From: Elusimicrobiota bacterium
Lineage (GTDB): Bacteria > Elusimicrobiota > Elusimicrobia > UBA1565 > UBA9628
Direction of reading: 5' to 3'
Length of the DNA stretch: 32,000 bases
NCBI GenBank assembly: GCA_027371715.1
Contig: DAHXMM010000020.1
Coordinates: 1 to 32,000, forward strand
Position numbers and translations under genes: made by a program. Shown piece after piece: positions 15,019 to 22,923 of the stretch (position 1 is the stretch's first letter; each line of letters starts with the position of its first letter). The notes under the pieces were generated by a model. That model was given only the letters and a program-made list of their open reading frames with translations. It was not told where the DNA came from and ran no database searches.

Positions 15019-15732
15019 ATGATTATATTCTGGCGCTTATTATTCGGGCATTTACTGGCGGATTTTACGCTCCAAACCAACGCCGTCAATCGTTGGAAAA
15101 GAAAAAATATTTTTGGGATGTTGTTTCATTGCGCCATGCACCCCGTTCTCTATGCGCTTTTGACCTATCCCTATCTCTCCCGTCCTTGGATTGAATGGAA
15201 AAGTTTTAGTTTGAATGGATGGGCCTGCATCCTCATCCTCTTCTTAGTTCATTGGATTGAGGATGAATGGCGGGTTTTTACTATTTTTAAATACCATACG
15301 CCCGACAATACGCTTTACTTTCTTTGGGATCAAGTCATTCACATCGCGCTTATTTTTGCGGTAGCGCCTCTTTTGGCCTTTTCCAACCCTTCCCAAGGGC
15401 TTATCCCCGAGAAATGGCCCGTCTTGGGATGCCTTTTTGTCCTCGCAACCCATTTCAGCGCCATTCTGATTTATTTTATCGAGCAAGACATTTTTGGCAA
15501 GCCTTTTCCAGGAACTTTCAAGAAATACGCGCTCATGGCTGAACGCCTGGGACTGGCCCTCTGTTTTCTCGCGCCCATTCATTTATGCTCCGTTTTAGTC
15601 TTGGCGTGGATTGGAATCATGACTTCACTCCGGTTTAAGAAACAAAATGAGTTTTCCTGGACCAGCTTCTTCATTGGTGCTCCTCTCGCCGGGCTTTGCG
15701 GTTTTCTCTCCAGAATCTTGTATTATCAATAG
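15019..15732 (+). CDS. Polytopic membrane protein, DUF3307-like
   Basis: N-terminal FGHLLADFTLQTNAVNRWK matches the H-x-x-x-DF-x-x-Q motif I associate with DUF3307. Multiple hydrophobic helices follow. It starts 7 nt after the cyclase stop. Confidence 0.6.
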   Translation: MIIFWRLLFGHLLADFTLQTNAVNRWKRKNIFGMLFHCAMHPVLYALLTYPYLSRPWIEWKSFSLNGWACILILFLVHWIEDEWRVFTIFKYHTPDNTLYFLWDQVIHIALIFAVAPLLAFSNPSQGLIPEKWPVLGCLFVLATHFSAILIYFIEQDIFGKPFPGTFKKYALMAERLGLALCFLAPIHLCSVLVLAWIGIMTSLRFKKQNEFSWTSFFIGAPLAGLCGFLSRILYYQ

Positions 15733-15735
15733 ATA

Positions 15736-15746
15736 GGGACTGTGCC
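15736..15746. repeat. Degenerate palindrome copy GGGACTGTGCC
   Basis: agataGGGACTGTGCCtcttc, 4 nt after the stop at 15730-15732. It has one mismatch to the core and is complementary to 15770-15780 except at the central base. Confidence 0.6.
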
Positions 15747-15769
15747 TCTTCTTCATAATTCTTAAGGGC

Positions 15770-15780
15770 GGCACTGTCCC
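15770..15780. repeat. Degenerate palindrome copy GGCACTGTCCC
   Basis: aagggcGGCACTGTCCCgacc, with one mismatch to the core. Confidence 0.55.
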
Positions 15781-15801
15781 GACCTTAAGGTTCTAAGGAA
15801 A

Positions 15802-15817
15802 GGGACAGTCCCTAATT
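15802..15817. repeat. Palindrome copy GGGACAGTCCC + TAATT flank
   Basis: ggaaaGGGACAGTCCCTAATTatt, with a perfect core, 24 nt upstream of the thiolase ATG. Confidence 0.85.
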
Positions 15818-15836
15818 ATTTAAAGGAGGCATTTGT

Positions 15837-16982
15837 ATGGAAGAAGTTTTCATTCTCTCGGCCGCAAGAACGCCAATTGGTTCTCTTAACGGTTCTCTTG
15901 CCGCCTACAGCGCGCCGCAATTAGGCGGGAAAATTTTAGCCGAGGCCGTCAAAAGAGCCGGAATTTCCCCTGAAGCTCTAAGCGAAGTCATCATGGGAAA
16001 TGTGTTGTCCGGAGGAGTGGGTCAAGCGCCAGCCAGGCAAGCAATGATGGCGGCCCAATTTCCCATCTCGGTTGGAGCGACTACGGTCAATAAAGTTTGC
16101 GGTTCGGGCCTTAAGGCAGTCATGATGGCTTCTCAATCCATCGCCCTGGGCGAAGAAGACTACGCTGCGGCGGGGGGAATGGAATCCATGTCCCAATCTC
16201 CGTTCATGCTTGAAAAAGCTAGAGGCGGTTATCGCTATGGAAACGGAGTTTTGATTGATTCTATTTTAAAAGACGGTCTCATTGATCCCTATTCCAATTG
16301 GCATATGGGAGAATGCGGAGAGTTATGCGCGGAAACCCACGCCATCAGCCGTGAGATGCAGGACGCCCACGCCGCTGAAAGTTACGCAAGGGCTCTTAAA
16401 GCCCAGCAAAGCGGCGCTTTTACGGAGGAAATTTTCGCCATTGACGGAATCGCCTTGGATGAAGAACCAGGGCGAGGAAAACCGGAAAAAATCGCGCGTC
16501 TTAAACCCGCCTTTAAATCCGGTGGCACCATTACCGCGGCCAACGCTTCAAAACTCAATGACGGCGCCGCAGCTTTGGTTTTATCGAGCGCGAAAGGGGC
16601 CGCCGGAAAAAAACCCTTGGCCCGCATCGCGGGATGGACCACTTTTTCCCAAGAGCCTAAATGGTTTACCACCGCCCCCGCCGGAGCGATTGAAAAACTC
16701 CTTAAGAAAACGGGCTGGGCAAAAGAATCTGTCGATATTTTCGAAGTCAACGAAGCCTTTAGCGTAGTGGCTTTAGCCGTTCAGAAACTGGTAGGTCTTA
16801 ATCCGGAAAAAATCAATGTCAACGGCGGAGCTGTCGCTTTAGGACATCCCTTGGGGGCCAGCGGAGCGCGAATTTTGGTCACCCTCTTACACGCTCTCAA
16901 AGCGCGGCAAGGAAAACGCGGCATTGCGGCCATTTGTCTGGGAGGGGGAGAATCCGTTGCCGTCGCCATTGAAAGAATTTAA
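15837..16982 (+). CDS. Acetyl-CoA C-acetyltransferase (thiolase II)
   Basis: SD AAAGGAGG lies upstream. Motifs: SAARTPIGS, active-site Cys context VNKVCGSGLKAV, and C-terminal NGGAVALGHPLGASGARILVTLLHAL...CLGGGESVAVAIERI. Confidence 0.93.
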   Translation: MEEVFILSAARTPIGSLNGSLAAYSAPQLGGKILAEAVKRAGISPEALSEVIMGNVLSGGVGQAPARQAMMAAQFPISVGATTVNKVCGSGLKAVMMASQSIALGEEDYAAAGGMESMSQSPFMLEKARGGYRYGNGVLIDSILKDGLIDPYSNWHMGECGELCAETHAISREMQDAHAAESYARALKAQQSGAFTEEIFAIDGIALDEEPGRGKPEKIARLKPAFKSGGTITAANASKLNDGAAALVLSSAKGAAGKKPLARIAGWTTFSQEPKWFTTAPAGAIEKLLKKTGWAKESVDIFEVNEAFSVVALAVQKLVGLNPEKINVNGGAVALGHPLGASGARILVTLLHALKARQGKRGIAAICLGGGESVAVAIERI

Positions 16983-18459
16983 GCTCCCCAAAAAACTTTC
17001 TCTTTTTGATTTGAGGCTATTGGACGGCTCCGCTCGGGCCGTCTTAGACTCTTTGAGCGTAAACAAAATCAAAAGATCGCGCGCGATAGTCGAAAAGATT
17101 GCAGCCGGTCAAAAACCGGTCTACGGAATTAATACCGGTTTTGGGAGTCTCGCCTCTCAGAAAATCCCCAAAGAAAACCTACTCGAACTTCAAAAAAATC
17201 TCGTTCTCAGCCATGCCTGCGGGGTGGGGGAAATTTTAAGCGAAAAAGAAGCTCGGGCCATTTTGTTTTTACGGCTTAATGAACTTTCCCGGGGTTACTC
17301 AGGGGTCAGAATGAATCTTGTCGAACACATGATTCGGATTTTTAATTCCCCGGCTTCTCCGTTGATTCCTTCTCAAGGCTCTGTTGGCGCCAGCGGAGAT
17401 TTGGCGCCGCAAGCGCACATGGCGCTTCTTCTTTTGGGAGAGGGAAAGGCTTTTTTAAATGGAAAGCTTATGCCAAGCCGAAAAATTTTGCGCACGATTG
17501 GTCTTTCTCCCATTCAGCTGGAAGCGAAAGAAGGTCTTTCGCTCATTAATGGAACGCAAGCCATGCAAGCGGTTGGAGGGCTGGCCTTATCCTTGGCCTA
17601 TCGAGTTTTTGAGACAGCCCAAAAAACGGCGGCCCTCAGCCTTGAAGCCTTAACGGGAAGCCCGGTTCCCTTTGAAGATAGAATTCAAAGACTTAAACCC
17701 CATCCGGGCCAAATCGAGACCGGGCGAACGCTGACCCAAATTCTTAAAGACAGCCCCTTAAGAGAATCTCATCGCGCCAATGATCCGCGTGTTCAAGACC
17801 CTTATAGCCTTCGTTGTCTTCCGCAGGTTCACGGCGCGGTTTTAGACGCGCTTGAATTCGCCAGAAAAACCGTCGAGCGCGAAATGGCGAGCGTGACGGA
17901 CAACCCCCTGGTTTTTCCCGATGGAGAAATTATCTCAGCCGGCAATTTTCATGGTCAAGCTTTAAGCCTTGCCTTTGACTTTGCCAGTTTGGCGCTGACT
18001 TCGCTTGGAAACATGTCCGAGCGAAGAATCTTTCAACTCATTTTAGGTCAGGCCCCGCGTTTAAAACCCTTCTTAGCTCAAAGACCTGGACTTGAGTCCG
18101 GTTGGATGATCGCCCAAGTCGCGGCGGCGGCCTTGGCTTCCGAAAATAAGACTCTCGCTCATCCCTCTTCTTCAGACTCCATTCCCACTTCAGCCAATCA
18201 GGAAGATTTTGTCAGCATGGGGATGAACGCGGCTCTTAAACTTAAGCGCGTCGTTCAAAACGTTTCCCGCATTGTCGCCATTGAAATGCTCTGCGCGGCC
18301 TGCGCCGTTGAGTCTCACAAGCCCCTCAAGCCCGGAAAAGGAGTTCGCGATTTACTCAAGCGGCTCAACGCTCAATTAGACACCATGCCCAAAGAGCGCT
18401 CTTTATCCCCTGAAATCGAAAAAGCCCATCTTTTAATTTTAGATGGATATTTTGATTGA
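16957..18459 (+). CDS. hutH: Histidine ammonia-lyase (HAL/PAL aromatic amino-acid lyase family)
   Basis: VYGINTGFGSLA is present, and the MIO-forming Ala-Ser-Gly sits in SQGSVGASGDLAPQAHMAL. The start is uncertain. TTG 16957 lies 5 nt after GGGAGGGGGAG. Alternatives are ATG 16924 (59-nt overlap with thiolase) or TTG 16969. Confidence 0.88.
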   Translation: MPSPLKEFKLPKKLSLFDLRLLDGSARAVLDSLSVNKIKRSRAIVEKIAAGQKPVYGINTGFGSLASQKIPKENLLELQKNLVLSHACGVGEILSEKEARAILFLRLNELSRGYSGVRMNLVEHMIRIFNSPASPLIPSQGSVGASGDLAPQAHMALLLLGEGKAFLNGKLMPSRKILRTIGLSPIQLEAKEGLSLINGTQAMQAVGGLALSLAYRVFETAQKTAALSLEALTGSPVPFEDRIQRLKPHPGQIETGRTLTQILKDSPLRESHRANDPRVQDPYSLRCLPQVHGAVLDALEFARKTVEREMASVTDNPLVFPDGEIISAGNFHGQALSLAFDFASLALTSLGNMSERRIFQLILGQAPRLKPFLAQRPGLESGWMIAQVAAAALASENKTLAHPSSSDSIPTSANQEDFVSMGMNAALKLKRVVQNVSRIVAIEMLCAACAVESHKPLKPGKGVRDLLKRLNAQLDTMPKERSLSPEIEKAHLLILDGYFD

Positions 18460-18490
18460 CAAAGCCCTTAAACTTCTCTAAGATAAAACC

Positions 18491-19165
18491 ATGAATGCCT
18501 ATACCAGCTTGATTCTCGATCCATTAAGCGACGCGCTGACACGTTTTGCGTCGCATCTGCCGCAACTCGCGGCGGCGATTGTGTTATTGATTATTGGGAT
18601 GTTCGTGGCCAGAGCCTTGCGCACAGTGGTTGACAAGCTCTTTGAGCGCGCCCATCTGGATGAATATACCAGCCGAATCGGCCTCAACGAGGTCTTTTCG
18701 CATCTGGGCTTTGGAAAATCCCCCACCTACGTGGCCTCGTTTCTGATCTATTGGTTTGTTTTGTTTATCTTCATTATTTCTGCGGCCAATGCGGTCAATA
18801 TGACGGTGGTGTCAAGTCTCCTTGAAAAATTCGCGCTTTTTCTGCCGACCCTTGTGGCCGCGATTCTGATTCTGTTTGGCGGTCTTTTTTTCGCGCGTTT
18901 TCTCTCAACTGTCGTCGAGAACGCAGCGAAATCAAATGGAATTTCAGGAAGCGCGTTTATTGCTGAAATTACCTATACCTTTGTTCTTATTTTCACGGCA
19001 ATGACCGCCCTCCAACAGTTGGGGTTTAAAATGGAACTCTTAACGGTCGCAATTGAAATTCTTTTGGCCTCAATAGGCCTGGCAGCGGCAATCGCTTTCG
19101 GATTAGGCGGGAAAGACGCGGCAGCAGAATTAATCCGCGATTTCGTCAAAAAATCAAAAGGTTAA
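18491..19165 (+). CDS. Conserved TM-helix repeat membrane protein (resembles the N-terminal region of some MscS-family proteins)
   Basis: 224 aa with ~5 hydrophobic helices and repeated xxLPxLxxAIxxLxxGxxxARxL segments (LPQLAAAIVLLIIGMFVARAL; LPTLVAAILILFGGLFFARFL). There is no MscS beta-domain. Confidence 0.55.
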   Translation: MNAYTSLILDPLSDALTRFASHLPQLAAAIVLLIIGMFVARALRTVVDKLFERAHLDEYTSRIGLNEVFSHLGFGKSPTYVASFLIYWFVLFIFIISAANAVNMTVVSSLLEKFALFLPTLVAAILILFGGLFFARFLSTVVENAAKSNGISGSAFIAEITYTFVLIFTAMTALQQLGFKMELLTVAIEILLASIGLAAAIAFGLGGKDAAAELIRDFVKKSKG

Positions 19166-19170
19166 AAAAT

Positions 19171-19242
19171 TGGGCCGTAGAGGATTTGAACCTCTGACAT
19201 CTGTCGTGTGAGGACAGCGCTCTACCGCTGAGCTAACGGCCC
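19171..19242 (-). tRNA. tRNA-Val (anticodon CAC)
   Basis: The reverse complement GGGCCGTTAGCTCAGCGGTAGAGCGCTGTCCTCACACGACAGATGTCAGAGGTTCAAATCCTCTACGGCCCA folds as a cloverleaf. It has a 7-bp acceptor stem, GCTC/GAGC D stem, CTGTC/GACAG anticodon stem with loop CTCACAC, a 5-nt variable loop, and AGAGG/CCTCT T stem with TTCAAAT loop. CCA is not encoded. Confidence 0.95.
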
Positions 19243-19251
19243 GACTTTTTG

Positions 19252-19280
19252 ATTTTACAAAATAATTAGGGACTGTCCCT
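19252..19280 (-). promoter_or_regulatory. Possible sigma70-type promoter for tRNA-Val: -35-like GGGACA (inside the palindrome), 16-nt spacer, -10 TAAAAT
   Basis: The minus strand reads AGTTAGGGACAGTCCCTAATTATTTTGTAAAATCAAAAAGTC followed by the tRNA 5' G. TAAAAT (19257-19252) is 9 nt from the mature 5' end. This is a by-eye match only. Confidence 0.25.
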
Positions 19281-19284
19281 AACT
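19264..19284. repeat. 21-nt palindrome copy between tRNA-Val and the FAH gene
   Basis: AATTAGGGACTGTCCCTAACT, core at 19269-19279, 7 nt before ATG 19291. Confidence 0.9.
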
Positions 19285-19290
19285 CTGATC

Positions 19291-20328
19291 ATGAAGCTGT
19301 TAAGTTTTGAGATTTCAACGCCGCTAGGACCCAAAGAACGCCTCGGCGTTTTATCCGGCGCTCATGTTATCGACATCAGCCTCGCCACAAGACTTCGATT
19401 CGAAGCGGAAGGAAAATCTAATCCTGAAAGACTTGCCGAGGTCTTTGCTCCGCCGGAAATAATCGCTTTTTTAGATATGGGAAACGAGTCTTTTTCGGCC
19501 GCGCGGGAGACCCTCGATTTTTTATCTAAAAACTTTCCCCAAAAAACGCCTCTTGGAAGTCGTGGGGAAAAAATTGACTACTTGGAAGAAGAAATTCGCT
19601 ATCTTCCGCCCATCCCTCACCCTGGAGCTTTGAGAGATTTCTTCGCCTTTGAGGATCACGCTCTTAAGGCTTCTGAACGCCGGAACGAGCCCTTAAGCGA
19701 GGCCTGGTATAACCAACCGATTTATTACAAAGGAAATCACCGCGAAATTTATGGGCATAAAGCAGTTATCCCCTGGCCCAGTTATACCCGGCGTTTTGAT
19801 TTTGAACTTGAAATCGCCTGCGTTATTAAAAAAAAGGGGCGCAATATTCCGGTTGAAAAAGCAGGCGAATATATCGCCGGATATTCAATATTAAATGATT
19901 TCTCCGCCCGCGACATTCAAAAAAACGAGATGGTTTGCCGCATGGGCCCCGCCAAAGGAAAAGATTTCGCGACTGGCCTTGGGCCTTATCTGGCGACGCC
20001 CGATGAAATCAAAGACCCAAATAATCTCGCGATGTCTGTTTCCATCAACGGCGAAAAATGGAGCGCGGGAAATTCCGGCGGAAGGTACTGGAGTTTTGAG
20101 ACCATGATTTCTCATATCTCCCAAGAAGAAACAATTTATCCCGGAGATATTCTGGGATCAGGAACCTATTACCGCGGTTGCGGACTTGATTTGGACCGCT
20201 GGGTTAAGCCGGGAGACTTGATCGAACTTGAAGTCGAAGGTCTGGGAAAACTCATTAATAAGGTCGGAACATCCAAAGAACAAAGACAGCTTAAATACCC
20301 GAGAAAAGCAAATGTCCTTGATCGTTAA
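19291..20328 (+). CDS. Fumarylacetoacetate hydrolase (FAH) family protein
   Basis: 345 aa with a C-terminal FAH fold signature: PIYYKGNHREIYGH, ELEIACVIKKKG, GYSILNDFSARDIQKNEM...GPAKGKDFATGLGPYL. It sits next to the HGD gene. Confidence 0.85.
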   Translation: MKLLSFEISTPLGPKERLGVLSGAHVIDISLATRLRFEAEGKSNPERLAEVFAPPEIIAFLDMGNESFSAARETLDFLSKNFPQKTPLGSRGEKIDYLEEEIRYLPPIPHPGALRDFFAFEDHALKASERRNEPLSEAWYNQPIYYKGNHREIYGHKAVIPWPSYTRRFDFELEIACVIKKKGRNIPVEKAGEYIAGYSILNDFSARDIQKNEMVCRMGPAKGKDFATGLGPYLATPDEIKDPNNLAMSVSINGEKWSAGNSGGRYWSFETMISHISQEETIYPGDILGSGTYYRGCGLDLDRWVKPGDLIELEVEGLGKLINKVGTSKEQRQLKYPRKANVLDR

Positions 20329-21529
20329 GCGCGGAGACGTCCCTAAAACCCCACACACTGAATTTTACGGGCGAAAAAATATTCTGTCTTTGGAAGAAAT
20401 CCACGGCACCTACGGTTTTTCCGGAGCTTTCTCCCGGAAGATGCACTTGCGTCGCTACCCGACGATTCAAATAGAAAGCCCTAAACTCCTGCCATTAAAC
20501 CTCAGTAGTCCCGTTCTTAAGGACGCGCCGCTCAGCCCCTATCATCTTTTGACCGGAAAAATACCCTCTCAAGGGGTTTTCGAGCGTTCAAGGCATTGTC
20601 TTCTCAAAGGTCCAAGCGCCGTGATTTCAGTTTCCAAACCAACGAATTCTTCTCCTGAAAATGATTTTTTTCGAAACGCGGAAAGGCACGAATGTCTTTT
20701 CGTACAAGAAGGAAACGGAATTTTGGCCAGCGAATACGGCGAGCTCAAATTTCAAGAAAAAAAATATCTCGTCATTCCCAAGGGAACGACCTATCAATTC
20801 CGCCTTTCAAGTAAACGCGCCTTCTTTCTAATCATTGAATCTCTCTACCCTATTCGCTTTGCCCCGCATTACCTTAACTCCGAGGGACAAGCCACTTTGA
20901 TGTCTCCGGTCATTGAGACTGAAATTGGCATTCCCCAGCTCAAAGAGCCTCTGGACATCTCGGGGAAGTTTAACATCCTCTCTAAACATGACGACGGGAA
21001 AATGACAAAGATTGTCTTGGGGCATCACCCCTTTGATCTCATCGGCTGGGAAGGCGCGCTTTACCCCTTTACCTTTGACTCATCCGATCATCATTCCATC
21101 GCGCGCGAAATTCACACCGCCCCGCCGGTTCGGCAAACCTTTCAAGCGGGAAACGCGCCCCATAGCGGATTTTCAATCTGCACTTTCCGCGCTCAAATCG
21201 AGGGATGGAACCCCAAGGACGTGCCCGCGCCCTATGCGCATTATAATGTTGACTCCGATGAAATGATGTTCTTTTCAAACACAAGCTACGGGGCCCGGAA
21301 AGGAATCGTTGAACCCGGTTCCATCACCTTTCATCCCTCGGGTCTTCCGCATAGCCCGCATGGAGACGCCGCAAAAAAGTCCTTTAAATCTCGCGGCACA
21401 CTGTCGGATTATCTAGCCGTCATGTTGGATACATTTTTTGAATCTCTTCAGCCCACAAAAGAAGCCCTTAAATATTGCGACTCCCAATATCCGCTGAGTT
21501 GGGCCAAAGCGGAAGGGGACTGTCCCTAA
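20312..21529 (+). CDS. hmgA: Homogentisate 1,2-dioxygenase (short bacterial/archaeal COG3508-type cupin)
   Basis: ATG 20312 (MSLIVKRGDVPKTPHTEF...EEIHGTYGFSG) overlaps the FAH stop by 17 nt. The cupin core is ERHECLFVQEGNGILASEYGELKFQEKKYLVIPKGTTYQF, followed by FHPSGLPHSPHG. The stop TAA (21527-21529) is supplied by the palindrome flank. Confidence 0.75.
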   Translation: MSLIVKRGDVPKTPHTEFYGRKNILSLEEIHGTYGFSGAFSRKMHLRRYPTIQIESPKLLPLNLSSPVLKDAPLSPYHLLTGKIPSQGVFERSRHCLLKGPSAVISVSKPTNSSPENDFFRNAERHECLFVQEGNGILASEYGELKFQEKKYLVIPKGTTYQFRLSSKRAFFLIIESLYPIRFAPHYLNSEGQATLMSPVIETEIGIPQLKEPLDISGKFNILSKHDDGKMTKIVLGHHPFDLIGWEGALYPFTFDSSDHHSIAREIHTAPPVRQTFQAGNAPHSGFSICTFRAQIEGWNPKDVPAPYAHYNVDSDEMMFFSNTSYGARKGIVEPGSITFHPSGLPHSPHGDAAKKSFKSRGTLSDYLAVMLDTFFESLQPTKEALKYCDSQYPLSWAKAEGDCP

Positions 21530-21531
21530 CT
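21515..21531. repeat. Palindrome copy at the HGD 3' end that supplies its stop codon
   Basis: ggaaGGGGACTGTCCCTAACTccATG, core at 21516-21526. The TAA at 21527-21529 is the HGD stop. Confidence 0.9.
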
Positions 21532-21533
21532 CC

Positions 21534-22142
21534 ATGCCCTCCATAGATATCGAAACACTCAACGTCCGGGAACGGTATCATCTTTTGGTTGCAACCGTTA
21601 TTCCGCGCCCCATCGCGTGGGTTTCAAGCATGAACAAAGCGGGTCAAACCAATCTCGCGCCCTTTAGCTTCTTTAACGCCGTCGCGGCCAACCCCATGAG
21701 CGTTTGCTTTGCTCCCGTCAATGATCGAAACGGAAAGCCCAAGGACACTCTTCTCAATATCAAGGAAACCGGCCAATTCGTCGTCAATATCGCCAACGAA
21801 GACAATGCGGAAAAAATGAACGCAACTTCTGAAACCTATCCTTACGGGGTCAGCGAGTTTGAGAAAGCGGGGCTGACCCCGATTCCATCTCTAAAAATTA
21901 AACCGCCCCGCGTGAAAGAATCCCCCGTTCAAATGGAATGCGAATTGCTTCAAATTGTGACTTTAAGCGAAGGCCCCTTGGGTGGAAATCTTGTCATCGG
22001 CCAAGTTGTCATGTTTCACGTCGATGAAAAAATATGGAATAATGGGGATATTCGACATCAGGATTTAAAGGCCGTCGGACGTATGGCGGGAAACTGGTAT
22101 GCGAAAACAAAAGACGCCTTTGAGCTCATTCGGCCTAAATAA
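21534..22142 (+). CDS. Flavin reductase-like FMN-binding split-barrel protein
   Basis: YHLLVATVIPRPIAWVSSMNKAGQTNLAPFSFFNAVAANPMSVCF is typical of the Flavin_Reduct family. Confidence 0.85.
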   Translation: MPSIDIETLNVRERYHLLVATVIPRPIAWVSSMNKAGQTNLAPFSFFNAVAANPMSVCFAPVNDRNGKPKDTLLNIKETGQFVVNIANEDNAEKMNATSETYPYGVSEFEKAGLTPIPSLKIKPPRVKESPVQMECELLQIVTLSEGPLGGNLVIGQVVMFHVDEKIWNNGDIRHQDLKAVGRMAGNWYAKTKDAFELIRPK

Positions 22143-22157
22143 AGAGAGGGCATTGCT

Positions 22158-22907
22158 ATGAAAAAACCGTTCATGAACTTTGTCGTTGACCACATGACTT
22201 TTCTCGTCGAACCGCGTTTTTATCCCGTCACATACGCTCTTTTTAGAATTATCTTTGGTCTTGGGGATGAAGACATCATCTACAATAAACGCCGAAAATG
22301 GCCTGGCGAGAACCAGGAAAAATCAATGACCTTTGCCGCCCGGCTTGGACGTTATGAGGGAAAGCCAGGACTCGATCAATCCATCATAGCTGTCGTTCAG
22401 CCCTCCGAACCCGAATCCCAGCCGTCTCACGTCCGGGAAATGCTTAAAAACCGAGGAGGATCCGCTCATTGGCAGCATATTGCTCTGAGAACGCCGGATT
22501 TAATGGCCTTTCACAAATACGCGCTTGAGCGCGGGGTCAATTTCATTACGCCTATTCTCAAAGACGCGGAAGAAGATTTAATTCAGGTCTTTAGCGGCGA
22601 GTGGAAGCTCCCCGGAATGCCGTCCAGCGGAATCTTTTTTGAGTTTGTCCAGAGAAACCCCTCCGCCGAACTCCTTGAGAAAATTACATCCAACCGCGAG
22701 GCTTTCTTTCGGGATAAAACTTTCTTGGGCCTTTACCAAGAAAAGGAAGCTGAATATCAAAGCAAAAAAGTTCGCCCTTTTATCGATGACGATCTTTTCT
22801 TTCAAATGGAAAAATCCTTGGCGGGGAAACCTATTTGGGAATTGACAGCTCAAGATTTGCGCCTCGTGGAAGAAAAAATGAAAAACTATGCCCATTCAGC
22901 GGTTTGA
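22158..22907 (+). CDS. VOC (glyoxalase/dioxygenase) superfamily protein, 4-hydroxyphenylpyruvate dioxygenase C-domain-like
   Basis: HWQHIALRTPDLMAFHKYALERGVNFITP...IQVFSGEW...GIFFEFVQRN resembles the HPPD C-terminal catalytic module (QHIA...F.E.IQR). At 249 aa it is shorter than canonical HPPD. Confidence 0.6.
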   Translation: MKKPFMNFVVDHMTFLVEPRFYPVTYALFRIIFGLGDEDIIYNKRRKWPGENQEKSMTFAARLGRYEGKPGLDQSIIAVVQPSEPESQPSHVREMLKNRGGSAHWQHIALRTPDLMAFHKYALERGVNFITPILKDAEEDLIQVFSGEWKLPGMPSSGIFFEFVQRNPSAELLEKITSNREAFFRDKTFLGLYQEKEAEYQSKKVRPFIDDDLFFQMEKSLAGKPIWELTAQDLRLVEEKMKNYAHSAV

Positions 22908-22908
22908 T

Positions 22909-22923
22909 AGGGACTGTCTAACT
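22909..22923. repeat. Degenerate palindrome copy with a 2-nt deletion
   Basis: tgatAGGGACTGTC--TAACTctg versus 19268-19286 AGGGACTGTCCCTAACTctg. It lies between convergent stops. Confidence 0.6.

Noticed and set aside
15549-15559. GGGACTGGCCC inside the DUF3307-like CDS as a further repeat copy
   Set aside because: It has one mismatch at a core position and no similarity in either flank to the two flank subtypes. It is most likely a chance resemblance.
16924-16956. ATG 16924 as the hutH start
   Set aside because: It would overlap the thiolase gene by 59 nt and add residues not typical of HAL N-termini. TTG 16957 has a G-rich SD-like tract 5 nt upstream. The choice is not certain and affects only 11 codons.
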